A stretch of 63,524 bases of DNA, filler included, from Olpidium bornovanus S191 (taxonomy: Eukaryota; Fungi; Olpidiomycota), in assembly GCA_017911155.1 (NCBI GenBank). It is 30 parts of 30 records of this genome, joined end to end, with 100 filler letters (N's around TTAATTAATTAA, not from the genome) between each part and the next. Parts side by side here need not be neighbours in the genome. Positions count along the whole stretch, not along the records: positions 1 to 1,800 come from JAEFCI010006039.1; positions 1,901 to 3,341 come from JAEFCI010005699.1; positions 3,442 to 6,442 come from JAEFCI010011730.1; positions 6,543 to 8,676 come from JAEFCI010000419.1; positions 8,777 to 11,562 come from JAEFCI010001869.1; positions 11,663 to 12,667 come from JAEFCI010010710.1; 24 more parts are not named here. One strand, written 5' to 3'. A program made the translations under genes and the position numbers. Every line of letters starts with the position of its first letter. The stretch's first letter is position 1. This document shows, in pieces, positions 1 through 12,550 of this stretch. Under the pieces are notes generated by a model. It saw nothing but the letters and a program-made list of their open reading frames with translations. It searched no databases and was not told the origin of the DNA.

Positions 1-49
1 CATGAGAAAACTTACAGTAAATCGTTCCGATCGCAAAACTTGGCCTCAC

Positions 50-1065
50 CATTAAGATCCGCTGTTTGAAGTCATCAGCGCCGCGCGGAGTATGACGAAG
101 ATTGCGGCAAATATTTCTGCCAATCAAATACAGGCGAGCAGCAACAAAGTACTGATTATTCTCCAGCGCACGATGAATCTGGAAAAAATTCGGACCATTG
201 ATCGTTCATTCGTCACGGGCCGGTGGGTCGGAGGCAATTACGGCCGCGATTCTCAACCCCTACCAGTTCCGGTATTTCTACAAGAATTTTCAGGTGTGCG
301 GCGAGCGAGAATAATCTTTTCTTAGACGCGCCTAGAACACCGGTTAGAAGGGAAGAAAAAGGGTGGAAAACGCGGCGGGGGGGGGGGGGGGGGGGGTTAG
401 CGAAGAACATTCGTTCAACGCGAAACCGAGGTCCCGGACCCGCCAGGTGCAACGTACTGTTTGCAGCACCACCGCTACGCGCTTTAAATTCATCGGAGCC
501 GCGCGCTATAAGCTTGGATGCATCGCATTCCACTGACAACTTTTTGAACATGCCCTCGATGTTAAGCGCCGAGGTGCGCATTGCGGTAATGCTGTCTGCT
601 GCGTCAATAAGGTCGCGGTATCGTTCGCTGTTCAACAGCAAATAATTGTCACAATGAGGTTAAGGTGGAAGGTCGAAACTTAACAACCCAACCCACAAGA
701 AAAACAGTCGAGATATCTCACCCGACCATGTATCGAAGGTCCTGCTTCTTGCTCTCTATAGCAGTTCTGCGTTGATGTATATGGATCAGCCCGCCTGCAG
801 CGCCGTATTTCACGTTCGCGGAACGAGCGACTAGCGCCCAACGGAACGAGATCATGCGTTCTCTTCCAACCGAGCGCGCTGCAAGCTGGTGCCAATTTTC
901 GCAGCGTCACTTTTTTGGTGCCGGCGAGAACGCCAACCCCTCTGTAGGCACCTGTTGCACGCTCGAACGGCGCGCGCAGTCGGGGGGTTGCGCACCTATA
1001 CTTCTGCTCCAGCAGGCGCAGCTCCGGGATGGAATACTGGACAAACAGGCTTTCGGGGTCGAAGT
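50..1065 (-). CDS. COG1: Conserved oligomeric Golgi complex subunit 1 (Vps51/COG1 family), N-terminal exons, partial
   Basis: Spliced exons read DPESLFVQYSIPELRLLEQKYR|TAIESKKQDLRYMVG|ERYRDLIDAADSITAMR...AAHLKILVEIPEL|IHRALENNQYFVAARLYL. This matches the COG1 signature (KKEELRQMVGERYRDLIEAAD; AAQIKLLLEIPE). GT-AG introns at 995-767 and 721-628 keep frame. Confidence 0.85.
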
Positions 1066-1569
1066 CTGCAGGAAGTCCAAAAATCCAGGCGGGAAACGGG
1101 CGTGGGACGCGACGCGGTTCTTGTCGTCAGCGGAGTGAGGAACCCGAGTGCGCGCGGCGACGCGGGCGGAGAAAAGGGGGCCGACACCGCACGCACCCTT
1201 GGCGGACGCCCGGCCGTGCTGCGCTGCTCCGGCGGCCGGGGCAGCGGGCCCGGGTGCGGCGGACGACTGGCGGTACATTCTCTCCGTTCAAATCCCCGCT
1301 CGCTTGCAGCCGAGGGAGGGTGTCGCTGCCTGACGAAGGGGGTTGGGGGCGGTCGGGTTCGAGCCTGTGCGGTGTGGGGGAGCGGGGGGGCGGTCTCTCG
1401 TTTCCCCCGGCACGTCTGTGAAGATGGTGAGGCGGCGCTCCCGTTTTGGACTCGGTTGGAGCAAAAATTGTCGAGTTGCTTTCTGGTGCACTCCATTTCC
1501 ATTTTGTTGCAAATAGACCAGAGTTTGATCATATGGCCTGTTGTTTTACTTTCGCATCACACGAGGAAA

Positions 1570-1800
1570 TAGCATCACATTTCTGTTCGAGCGCGAAGCG
1601 CGGACTCCTGTTGTAGATATGAACAGCGCACGACAGCGTTTCCGCCCAAACGGTATCCGGGGCCTGGTGGTGAAGTAGTATGCAGCGAGTCCGATCGAGC
1701 AACATTCTGTTCAACCGTTCAGCCAGACCATTTTGGCGCGGGGAATCCCGCGCAGAGATCCTCGTGCGCATCCCCGCCGCCGTCACGTAGTGTTTCCATG
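1570..1800 (-). mobile_element. Ty1/copia LTR-retrotransposon integrase remnant
   Basis: SPRQNGLAERLNRMLLDRTRCILLHHQAPDTVWAETLSCAVHIYNRSP matches the copia integrase motif PQQNGVAERxNRTL...WAEA...YxxNRSP. Truncated on both sides. Confidence 0.85.
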
Positions 1801-1900
1801 NNNNNNNNNNNNNNNNNNNNNNNNNNNNNNNNNNNNNNNNNNNNTTAATTAATTAANNNNNNNNNNNNNNNNNNNNNNNNNNNNNNNNNNNNNNNNNNNN
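1801..1900. other. Artificial contig linker (first of 29 identical 100-nt linkers)
   Basis: 44 N + TTAATTAATTAA (stops in all six frames) + 44 N. It recurs every 1-5 kb and explains the ORFs ending in XXXXLIN. Confidence 0.98.
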
Positions 1901-2123
1901 AAGTCGAGCTACGGAGCGGAAGGGACGCTATTTATACTCGACGTCGAGCGGAGGGCAGTTCGATGGCAAAGCCGTCCTTCGGCGTTGCGTCCGTCAACGC
2001 GGTGCGTCCGGTCCCTTCCTGCGCGGTTACCACGCGGGGCTCCGCGTTCTCGCGTGCCATGGGGTGCGGGGGCAGTCGGGGGGGGGGGGGGGGTGGGGTG
2101 GGGGGGGGGGCCCCGGGGGGGGG

Positions 2124-2159
<36 letters not shown>

Positions 2160-2345
2160 GGGAAGGTAGGCTTCGCGGGTCAAACCAAGACGGGGGGCCG
2201 GCCGGGCGCCGCCCCGTCTGGACTCCCGTCGTATCTCTGCTATCGTTTTTTCCCCTCCTTTTCTCTCCTCTTCCCTGCTTTTCCGCCTTCCCCCTTCCCC
2301 TCCCCCCCCGCCCCGAGCCCCCCTTTTTTTTCGAAAGCGACCCAC

Positions 2346-2475
2346 CGAGTGACGAGAGCGAGTTCCATGTCTCTGCGACGTACCGCGAGTGCAAGTAGTT
2401 CCGTTCGCACCAGTCGACGCTCGAGGTCGCGAGACCCCAGTAGGGCAGCACCGGGATCGTCGCCGCGCTGTGCAT
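2346..2475 (-). CDS. Alkaline ceramidase (YPC1/YDC1/ACER family), first exon only
   Basis: MHSAATIPVLPYWGLATSSVDWCERNYLHSRYVAETWNSLSSL matches the family motif YWG..TS.IDWCE.NY..S.YIAE..NTL. Followed by a GTGGGT donor. Confidence 0.8.
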
Positions 2476-3878
2476 GCCGCGGGGCTTTGAGCTCGGGGGG
2501 CGAAGGGCGGGCAGTTCAAGTCAGGGCGACGAGGAGGAAGGAAAAGAAGGAAGAAGGAGGAGAAGGAAAGAGGAGGAAGGAGGAGGAGGAGGAGGGCGGG
2601 GGCGCGTTTTGTGTTGTTGCGAGGAGGAGGACGACGAGGGGGAGTGGGGGGGAGTGCGGGGCGCGTGGGGCGCGCGGGGGGCGGCGCGTGTGGGGCGCGT
2701 GGGGAGCGCGGGGCGGCCGTGGGTCACGAGAGCCGGGGGGAGGAGGGAAAGAACGCGCCCTCCACCAAAAAATTTCGCTGAGAAAAAAAAAAAAAAAAAA
2801 AAAAAAAAAAACAACACCCTCCGCCACCACGACGGGACCAACAGCAAGAGCGGCCGCAGAAAAGGAACGCGCGCGCGGAAAGAGGAAGTGGGAGAAGGGG
2901 GAAAAAAAAAAAGAAGAGGAAGAGAGAGGGAAGAAAGAAGAAGAAAAAAAAAAAAAAGAAAAAATAAAAGAGGAAATAAGAAAGGAGAGGAATCCGGCGC
3001 ACCCGGGCTCCCTTGCGTGCGTGCACGCGTGTGTGTGTGCGTGTGCGTGTGCGTTGGGGAAGTCTCCTTGGCACCGCTTCCCAGCAGCGCGCGCGCGCGG
3101 AGAGACATCGCCCCCGCCTCCCCCCGCGCGCCACCCCCGCACTCCCCACCCCCTCCCCCCACCCCCCAATACACGCAGAGAGAGTGAGAGAGGGAGGGAG
3201 AGAGAGAAAGAAACAACAAGTGAAAAAAAAATAAAAAAAGCAGAGGAAAGCGGAGACGAACGCCGTCGCCTCTCCGCGCGTCTGCTGTTTGGGCGTTTGC
3301 CGCCGCCTTGCGCGCCCGACCCCGTTTTTTTTTTTTTTTTCNNNNNNNNNNNNNNNNNNNNNNNNNNNNNNNNNNNNNNNNNNNNTTAATTAATTAANNN
3401 NNNNNNNNNNNNNNNNNNNNNNNNNNNNNNNNNNNNNNNNNCATGGGATCGGAGCGAAGGGCGGCGGCGCGGCAGAGAGCGGGAGGCCCCGGGCCCGGTG
3501 CGCCGCCGGGTCCCACGGGACCAGCCGTCTGTTGCGCTTCGCCAAACGGGAGGAGTGAGGGTCGGCAGGGAGGCGCGCGGCGGGCGGCGGACGACACGTG
3601 TCATCCAGGTGAGAAGAAAGGCCGGAGGGGAAGGGAGTGCGGCGGGCGGCGGCGGGAGACGACGGACGGCGCCTGTTTTCCCTTATCGCGCGAAGAAAAT
3701 GTCGAAAATAAAGGGGGAGGCTGAGCAGCACGCGCACTGCGCACGCCAAAAAGCCCCTGTTCCCCCTTTGTAGAGTTTCTAATTTCCCGCCATACATAAA
3801 ACAGGCCTGGAGTAGATAGCGGCGCCACGCCCCGAATACAATCCTCTTCTTCTCCTTCGGCTTCGGGAATCATCAGAG

Positions 3879-3920
<42 letters not shown>

Positions 3921-4291
3921 AGACAACCCCCCCGGCCCGGCCCCCGCCCCCCCCCCCCCCCCCCCGGCGGAAACCCCCCCCCCCCCCCCCCCCCCCCCCC
4001 GCAGCCGGGCTGACCCGCGCGAAAAGAACGCCCGTGGGCCGCGCGCGCTCCTCCCGCAAAGTCCGTGCGGGGCCGCCTGTCAATGATCTCATCGACAGCC
4101 GGCCAGGCTCGCATCTTTCCTCCGCCCCCGGCGACAGCCCCGCGGCCGCGCCGTGCCGATCCCCGGGAGTCTCCTCCGCGCCCGCGTCGACGAGGGAGCC
4201 GCCCCGCCCCGCTCGCTCGGGGGCCAGCCGGCAGCGCATTGCGCCCGTCCCACTTACGCGAGCGGCGAGCGAGGGGAGCCTGCGCCGAAAC

Positions 4292-6442
4292 ATGCAACAC
4301 CTCCTCACCGACTTCGTCAGGAATTACTTGCAAACGAAGGTATGCCCCCCTCGTCGTCAGCGGAGGGCAAAAATGAAGAAAAAAAAAAAAAAAAAAAGCG
4401 CTGTTCGAGGTTCAGAAAGCCCGGCGTTCTATTGTTGTTGTTTTTTTTGTCTCCAGGCTTTCTTGTCTACCCGTCGCGCCGCGCTCTCTTCCCAGACGGT
4501 GACCCAGTGCGTCTGGGCCTCGCCGAAGGAGCGAATGGGGATAGGATCCGCCAGACGCTACCGCATCACCATCCGGTCGCAGCTGCCCTCGGACCCACTC
4601 ACGTTATCCAGCTGCGAGCTGTCGATATTCAACCGGACCCCCTGGGGGAAGATCGTCCTGCCGAGGTACACCCTGGCCGCCAGCTGCGTGCGGGCCCCGC
4701 GGCTGCGACGAAAACGGTCGGAGCCCTTCCAGGACGGCGACCGGGCCGGCAGCGACGGCAAGCGGCGACGGAGGAGGAGGCGCAACGCTGCGGTAGAGTG
4801 CGACGCGGTCGCCCATCCTGGGATCCTACCCGGCACGTCTTGGACCATCGTCCTGTTCCCGCCGAGCGGCGACCGGACCGGGCCTTTGGCTGACGGGGCT
4901 TGCCAGACGGCGGGCGGGGAGGACGGCGGCGGTGCGTCGAGCGGCGCGGCCGGCGGCGCGGAGGAAAGGCGGGCGAGCGACGGAAACCTCGGTCGCGCCG
5001 CGGAGGCCTCGGGCGCGGGGCCCGAGCGGCGGCCTTCTTGGGGATCGCTTGACCTCTCGACGAGCGGAAGCTCGGCGCCCACGTCCGAAGGCGAGCCGGA
5101 GCCGCCGGCGCGGAGGGCCGCGAAATGGGACGTAGATATTTATTCGGAGTACGTTTTCGACCCTTCGAACCACGTGGACATGGAGGTGGTGATCTCTGCG
5201 TCTTACACCGTGCGCGGCGACGCGGACCCGAAAGCCGTCGAGGAAACGGTGAGGTCGATGGCCTCCGTGGAGGTGATCCCGTTCAGTTCTCGAACTTCTC
5301 GCCTCGCCCGGGCGGCCGCGCAGCGGGGCGGCGGCCGCGGGGCCGCCGTGCCGGAGGAAGGACGTGCTGTGGCGCCGGGCCGGGCGGGGACGGATCGAGC
5401 GGGCGACGTCGGCGGCGGGGGGGACCGTGAGGCTGCTGGCGACCTCGGACACGTCGTAGTTATATCACACGGTTTGTACGGGAGCTTTCTGGATGTATTG
5501 TACATTAAGGGTAAGCGTTGCCAACGGCCTTTCGCGTGGCGTCTTTTTTTTTATTCTTACGTCCGGCTAATCGTCATACGGCTAAGCTAATTTCAGATGA
5601 GATCGAGCGGCGATACCCCGACCGACAGGACCTCCACATCCTCGCCATTGACGTTAACCACGGCGTGACGATTGATGGGGTGTCAGTACCGTGTGTGGGG
5701 TGAACACCTCAATTTTACCGTCCCCATTTGCTGACTTGACCAAACCCCCCCTTCCCCCCTCCTTTTCCGCGCGCCCGTCTACAGTGCGGCGGGCGGTGCT
5801 CGAGTAGCAGACTGCCTCCTTGAATTTATTGGATGGCACGAGAAGCCCGTCCCGGGCGAGGACCGGCCGAGCTTTGCCGAACTCGTCCGCTCGTCCACGG
5901 AGTACGCTTGCAGGCCCGCGGCGGCGGCGGCGGCGGCGCCGCCGAGACCTCCGGCCGGAGCCCGCCCGAAAGGGCGGATTTCGTTCATCGGCCATTCTCT
6001 CGGAGGGGTGTACAACCGCTACGCGATCGGCCTCCTCGAGTCCGTCGGACTGTTCGAGAACTTCGAGCCGACGCATTTCGTCACGCTCGCGACCCCGCAC
6101 CTCGGGATAGGCGACGGCTGGCGGATCGTGAAGTACTTCGTCTCCCAGGGCGTCGTCGGCCAGACCGGGAAGGACCTGGCCTTGCAGCCGCTCGGGAACG
6201 GAGCGCACGGCCGCGACGACCGGCGGTGCATCATGTACGCCATGACAGAGCCGTCGTCGCCCTTCATGTCGGGCCTGGGGAAGTTCCGGACCAGGACCGC
6301 GTACGCAAACATCATCAACGCCCTCGCCGTGGGATACAACACGGCGATCATCCTCCACTCTTCGTTCGACCGCGAGGCGTACATCAACTCGACGCGCGCT
6401 CGCATTGACGTCGCGGCCGCTCGCCTGAACATAACGCTTTTC
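4292..6442 (+). CDS. DUF676 putative lipase/serine esterase (Rog1-like) with long N-terminal region, partial
   Basis: HVVVISHGLYG, then ISFIGHSLGGVYNRYAIG (GxSxG nucleophile elbow), FVTLATPHLG, GQTGKDL and FRTRTAYAN. Introns at 4339-4456 and after 5510. Start codon uncertain because the frame is open upstream to about 4034. Confidence 0.8.
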
Positions 6443-7090
6443 NNNNNNNNNNNNNNNNNNNNNNNNNNNNNNNNNNNNNNNNNNNNTTAATTAATTAANN
6501 NNNNNNNNNNNNNNNNNNNNNNNNNNNNNNNNNNNNNNNNNNCATGGCGGACGAGTTGCCGTGCTTGTGATGGCCCAAACAAGTTACTGATAACAATGTT
6601 CACTTAATGTTAAGCCAGTGACCCCCGCGCAACAGGGCCCCTCAAATGCACCAGCAGACAAGCTCGGGCGTGCACGTTCCGCAGTAGAATGGAACTCTGC
6701 GGGAGTACGCAAATTGCGAACCCCGGCAGTAGAACCCCCCCATTTTGACACTGCACCCTCAAACCGCGGGTGATTTCTGTCCCGTCACAGATGGCTCCGG
6801 GGTTATCACCGGGTTCTGGTTCTGCCCCTGGCCTGGCGTGGAGTCTGGTCATCGCATCGGCCTTGGCATCCGCATTTTCACCTTTGCCACCACGTCTGCC
6901 TTCGCAATCTGTTTCTGCAATCTGCCCTCGCATCTCCCTCTCCATGTCTTCGTCCAGCTGGGACTGTCTGGCACGCGTGCCTGCCGTTGGTGCCAATAGC
7001 GCTGTTTAGTCACCAGCGCCCTGCCGCCCGCGAAACCCTCCTCCCTCACCCGCAAAGCTCCCACTGCAAACCACCCGAGTCTTTCACGCC

Positions 7091-8676
7091 ATGGAGCAAG
7101 CCGCAGGCGAGGTGGTACTTGTCACCGGTGAGCCGGAAAGAGGGAGAAAGGGGCGCGCGCGTGCGGGGGGTGCCCCGACAGTAGGGCGTGTGCGCCCCGG
7201 CGCGCAGCGAACACCCCGCGCGAGAGCGCTTCCCCGGGCGGACCGGCGCGCGCGCTTTCGTCCCTTCCTTTCGGTTCCCTCTCTCGCTCCCTTCGCGACG
7301 GAACGGCGGGCGCCGTGAACAGCGCAGCAAAGGCGCACGGTCTGCCAGCCTGTGCTGATCTCTCCCGCGCGCATCTATGACACGCCTCGCGGCTTTCGCG
7401 CGCAGGTGGCGATGGCTTTCTGGGCCGTTACATCGTAGAGGAGCTCCGGAAGAGGCCCGGTGTCAGCGTCCGGGTCTTCGACAGGCAGCAACGGTACGCC
7501 GACGTCCCGTACACAATCGGGGACGTCAACGACTACGCGTCGCTGCTGCCCGCTTTTGTCGGGGCATCCGCCGTGGTCCACACGGTCGCCCCAGTGCCTG
7601 GCGCGCGGGGCGACGTCCACTGGGCCGTCAGCGTACAGGGAACGCGCAACGTGATCAGGGCGTGCCTAGAGTCTGGGGTGAAAAAGCTTGTGTACACCAG
7701 CAGCTCAAGCGTCGTGTACTCTGGGAAGGATATCGTCAACGGCGACGAGTCGATGCCGTACGCCGAGAACCACGTTGACGAGTACACGAAGCACAAGGTC
7801 GTCTTCGCGTTTTTCTTCCTTCGAAAATTTGTTGAAATAAAGAGGGACGTTGCGGGAGCGAGCGACTTTACGACGGGAAGCGGCGGGAAAGATGGGAATA
7901 TGACCTGCCCCGTTTGCGGAACTTGTACCTGACCGTACGTCCCCGTCATGTCGAAACCTCGCCCTCCAGGCCGAAGCGGAACAACTGGTATTGGCGGCCA
8001 ACGGGAAGAACGGCCTGCTCACGTGCGCTTTGCGTCCCTGCGGGATGTTTGGTCCGCGTGACGCGCTTGCTACGGCGAAGATACTAAGTGCGGATGTTGT
8101 CGGTCGACCGGGGGTGCGGTTATTGCTCAGGGGCAGGGCGGCAACAAAGACACGTCGCAGGCTGATGATACCCAGTCGCGTCGTTTGCCCGCACGGGTAA
8201 CAGGGACGGCGGAGGCAGGCCGGATGCGGATCCAGATTGGCAACAACAAAAACCTTGTCGATTTTACCTACATCGAGAACGTCTCCTACGCGCACGTCCT
8301 AGCCCTCGGAAAGCTTTCCCCGGGTTCCCCGGCCTGCGGACAGGCCTTTAACATCACCAACGGAGAACCCATTGCCTTTTGGGACTTCCCGCGCGCGTTG
8401 TGGGCCAAGTGCGGGTTCCGCCCGGGAAAACCCATAGTGCTGCCGTACTGGGTAGGGTACCTCCTCGCTGCCCTCGCGGAACTCGTCGCCAGCCTGCTTT
8501 CTGTGGTCTCCGACCGCGTCGATCCCCCGACGTTCACGCGGTTACACGTCAAGTTCATGAAGGTCAACAGGTATTTCAGCATCCGCAAGGCCCGCGTCAT
8601 CCTCGGCTACGAGCCGCTTGTCCGCTTGGAGGAAGCTTTGGATAGGACCAGTGCGTGGTACAAGACCTCCAAAAGC
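7091..8676 (+). CDS. ERG26: Sterol-4-alpha-carboxylate 3-dehydrogenase (3-beta-HSD family, Erg26/NSDHL), nearly complete, runs into gap
   Basis: VLVTG|GDGFLG Rossmann motif across intron 7128-7405, LVYTSSSSVV, YxxxK (EYTKHK), CALRPCGMFGPRD, DFTYIENVSYAHVLA, GQAFNITNGEP, RYFSIRKARVILGYEP. Confidence 0.85.
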
Positions 8677-8786
8677 NNNNNNNNNNNNNNNNNNNNNNNN
8701 NNNNNNNNNNNNNNNNNNNNTTAATTAATTAANNNNNNNNNNNNNNNNNNNNNNNNNNNNNNNNNNNNNNNNNNNNCATGGCCAAG

Positions 8787-11428
8787 ATGCGGCAAAGGTA
8801 CCAACTGTGTGCGCCTCGCAAAAGAGTTCGGCCTTACCCATCTGTCGGTTGGCGATCTGCTGCGAGAAGAAGTTGCCACAGGCTCGAACCTTGGCAAAGA
8901 ACTCGAAACTATAATGAAGGAAGGGAATATCGTGCCGATGGTATTCACGACATTTGAGCTTTGAATGGACTTTTTCGGATCGTGCCACGGACGCTCACGT
9001 TGCTTGGCGAAAAAAAAAGGATACCACCCTTGGCCTGCTTCGCAAGGCGATGACGACGATAAAGGAAACCGACGGATACCTGATCGACGGGTTTCCTCGC
9101 CAGATGGATCAGGCAATCAAATTCGAAAAGCAGGTACGGGCACCCTACATGTAACCTGTTTTGTTCGATATCCGGGGTACGTGATGTAACGAGCCCCGTT
9201 TCGCCTTTGTTTTTTGTAAGGTCATGCCGTGCAAATTCGTCTTGTTTTTCGATTGTCCGGAATCGCTCATGGAACTTCGGCTGATCAAGCGAGGTGAAAC
9301 GTCCGGAAGGGCGGACGACAATGCCGAAACGATCCGCAAGCGCTTCAAAACATTCCAGCAGACGTCGATGCCCGTTATTGAGTATTTCGAGAAATCCGGC
9401 CGCGTGCGGAAGGTCTCCGCGGACGGCACGATGGACGAGGTGTACCGGCACGCCGCGGCGTGCTTCGAAGGGTTTGGTAACAACGCGCAACCGGCGGGCG
9501 TCGCGTACGGGATCCTGGAGAAACTGCCCTCAAAAACCATCGTTTTCGTGCTCGGGGGCCCCGGGTGAGCCGCTGCGACACTGCCAGATTGCTTTGTTAT
9601 CATGGTCAGTCAAGCACTGACAATCCTTCGGCCAGGTGCGGTAAGGGAACCAATTGCGCGAGGTTAGCTGTAGAGTTTGAGTTGAAGCACTTGTCCACCG
9701 GCGACCTGTTGCGGGCGGAAGTGGCGTCCGGGAATGAGCTCGGGAGGCAACTAGAGGCGACCATGAAGGAAGGAGCCATGGTGCCATTGGTGAGACGCGA
9801 CTGTACGGGAGTGGTGCGAGGTTCTTAAACCGGCTAATTAAACTTAATAACGCTGTGAGATCAGGAGATAACGTTGAAGCTGTTGAAGCAAGCGATGCTG
9901 AGCTCGGGTCCCACAAATGGCTACCTCATCGATGGTTTCCCACGTCAAATCGAGCAGGCCATGGAATTCGAAAAGCAGGTACGGGATTGCACGCGGCATT
10001 ATTTTTTTCTTTTAGTTTGCGGAGATACGCAAATGAAGGCGTCCTCACGGCCTGCCCTCTGTCGGTATTGGACTCAAAAGGTCGGGCCGCCAACAAGCGT
10101 CTTGTACTTTGAATGCCCAGAGGCGCTCATGATGGAACGCCTGGTCAAACGCGGGGAAACCAGCGGCCGTGCAGACGACAACGTAGAAACCATCAAAAAG
10201 CGCTTTGCGACTTTCATGCAAGAATCTCTACCGGTCGTCGAGCATTACAAGAAATTGAGGAAGATTGTAACTGTACGCGGAAAAAATTACGACGATCCGC
10301 CGTCGTTGATAACCAACACCCCCCCCCCCCAACCCCCTTTTCTGCGGGAGCTCGACGTCTTCTTTCCCTTGCTTCGTTATTTTATTTTTCTTTGGCGGAC
10401 GCTTGTGAAACCTCTCCACTACCCCCGCCCCCCTCCTCTCCCAACGTTTTGCCTCCCTGTAGGTATCATCTGCCGCTCCAAAGGAGGAGGTGTATATGGC
10501 TGCTCGCCTCCCATTTGTCGCGGCGAGTGGAATCTCAGTCACCAAGGGTAACGGGGCCGAGAGCGTAGGCGTTGACACCGGGCCGAACGTGGTTTTTGTT
10601 CTCGGAGGTCCAGGATCAGGAAAGGTGCGAACTGGGCGGGGCGGCACCCGGAAGCCCATCACTGTTCCATCGGCGAGATAAAAAAAAAAAATAGAAAAAA
10701 AGTTTACCCCGTCACCCCGCCGCGCTTTATGTGACCGTTCTCTAGGGAACGCAATGCGACAGAATTGTCAAGACTCTCGGATTCGCCCATCTTTCGACTG
10801 GCGATTTGCTGCGGGCAGAGGTGGCCAAGGGTACGGAGATGGGACAGATGTTGGAAGCAACAATGAAAGAGGGCAAAATGGTGCGTGGATTGTTTTTCCG
10901 TTTTGTAAGATGTCATCCCTGACGGCTTTTGCAACGCGTTAAACTTGTCACCCGGCAAATTCCCCAGGTGTCATTGGTACTGGTTGGATATCGCACGACG
11001 GTGTCGCGAGATCACCGGAAGCGTTTGTTATGTCGATGTCTTATATAATGCTTTTCTCGCACCGGTAACGGTCGGCGCGCATTCTTCGCGCACAATGTTC
11101 CGGGCCGTAGAACACCACGTTGACGCTGTTAACGAACGCAGTCAAGTCGCGGGCGGCTGAGGTGCCGTCTCCGAGGGGATTCCTCGTCGACGGCTTCCCG
11201 CGCACCGTCGAACAGGCGGAGGCGTTCGAGAAGTCTGTCGGCTGCGGACGCTTCGCCCTCTTCTTCACTTGCCCCGCCGAAGTACTGGTCAACCGTCTGC
11301 TCAAACGCGGTGAAACGTCGGGGCGTGCGGACGACAACCTGGAGAGCATCAAGAAGAGGATCGACACGTTCAACGACGTCACGATGCCGGTCGCCGAGTA
11401 CTTCAAACGGGATGGACGACTGAAAGAG
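8787..11428 (+). CDS. Multi-domain adenylate/UMP-CMP kinase with at least three tandem short-LID AK domains, partial
   Basis: Three repeats of GGPGxGKGT(N/Q)C, HLSxGDLLR, (Y/F)L(I/V)DGFPR and [11 protein letters not shown]. In-frame linkers join the domains ([17 protein letters not shown]; [20 protein letters not shown]). Confidence 0.9.
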
Positions 11429-11662
11429 GTACGGGCTGGAACATGCAAGGCCCTCCGGGGCCCGATTCTCGGGCGAAAACCACATCGGGATTCTGCTGAT
11501 GCACGAATCAACATCGGTAAACGCTTGCCGTTTGTGTTTCACTTGATACAGATTAACTCCGANNNNNNNNNNNNNNNNNNNNNNNNNNNNNNNNNNNNNN
11601 NNNNNNTTAATTAATTAANNNNNNNNNNNNNNNNNNNNNNNNNNNNNNNNNNNNNNNNNNNN

Positions 11663-11751
11663 ACGAAATCATCATTGAGGGCAGTATCACGCCGCACGGC
11701 AAGCCTATCTACCACCAGTGCGAAGCTGAGCTCGCCGAGCTGCGTCGCCAG
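11663..11751 (+). mobile_element. Ty3/gypsy reverse-transcriptase N-terminal remnant
   Basis: EIIIEGSITPHGKPIYHQCEAELAELRRQ is a diverged paralogue of HEIAIEAGAKPHSQPIYHLSEAELAELRRQ in the gypsy fragment at 44180-44270. It ends in a poly-T tract. Confidence 0.65.
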
Positions 11752-12430
11752 GTTTTTTTTTTATTGACGTAGCGTTTCATGCAATTAAACCGTCGTGATC
11801 CGAAATTCGATAAACGCATGAAGTAGCCTGAGCGTTTGCGGGCGTTAATTAACCGCAGACCGTCCGAACCAGCGTCGGCCCTCCAGCTTTTTTTGCGATC
11901 TGACAGGGCGACGTACGCGTCCCAGGACGGGGCCGCAGACGTTCGGGGGCGTTCGTCGCGTCAAGCAGGTCCAGTGCGCGGAACAACCAAGCCGATGTGA
12001 TCGTGTTTGGGGAATGCTTCGCGCCGCCTTCCACCGGCGCCTGCTCGCCTCCGCCTCCCGGCGCGCCGCCTTCCCGCGCCTGGCCGCCGCCGCCGCCGGC
12101 ACCACCACCGCAGATTCCAACCGGCCGAAAAAGCGGACCGCTGCTGCTGCTGCTGAGGCCGATCATGGCTTCCCCCCACGCTCTCGGCGGGCCCCGCGGA
12201 GCCGCCGCACCGCCAGGGGCCGCCGCAGCCGCCGCCTCAGCAGCCGTTTGCGCCACGCCGTCGCCCGCACCTGCGGACCCGTCGCCTGGATGCCACCACG
12301 AATCCGGCGTCCCCTGCCGGCTCGCTCGGCAACCCAAGAACCGGACTGGCGGCGGCGAGCAAGACCGGAAGTCTGTAGTTGAGATGGAAGGCGTCGCGCA
12401 CATGCCGGACGCGTTCATTTCAGTAAGGTA

Positions 12431-12491
<61 letters not shown>

Positions 12492-12492
12492 A

Positions 12493-12550
<58 letters not shown>

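Noticed and set aside
1963-3389. Long Gly/Pro/Lys/Phe/Arg-rich ORFs (also 20477-22071, 23895-24652, 26777-27538, 62670-62955)
   Set aside because: They are translations of homopolymer tracts and GC-rich stop-poor DNA, with no domain motifs.
12014-12431. MLRAAFHRRLLASASRRAAF... resembling a mitochondrial presequence, with a GTAAG donor at about 12428
   Set aside because: The ATG frame stops before the donor, the donor-proximal frame differs, and no family motif is recognisable.
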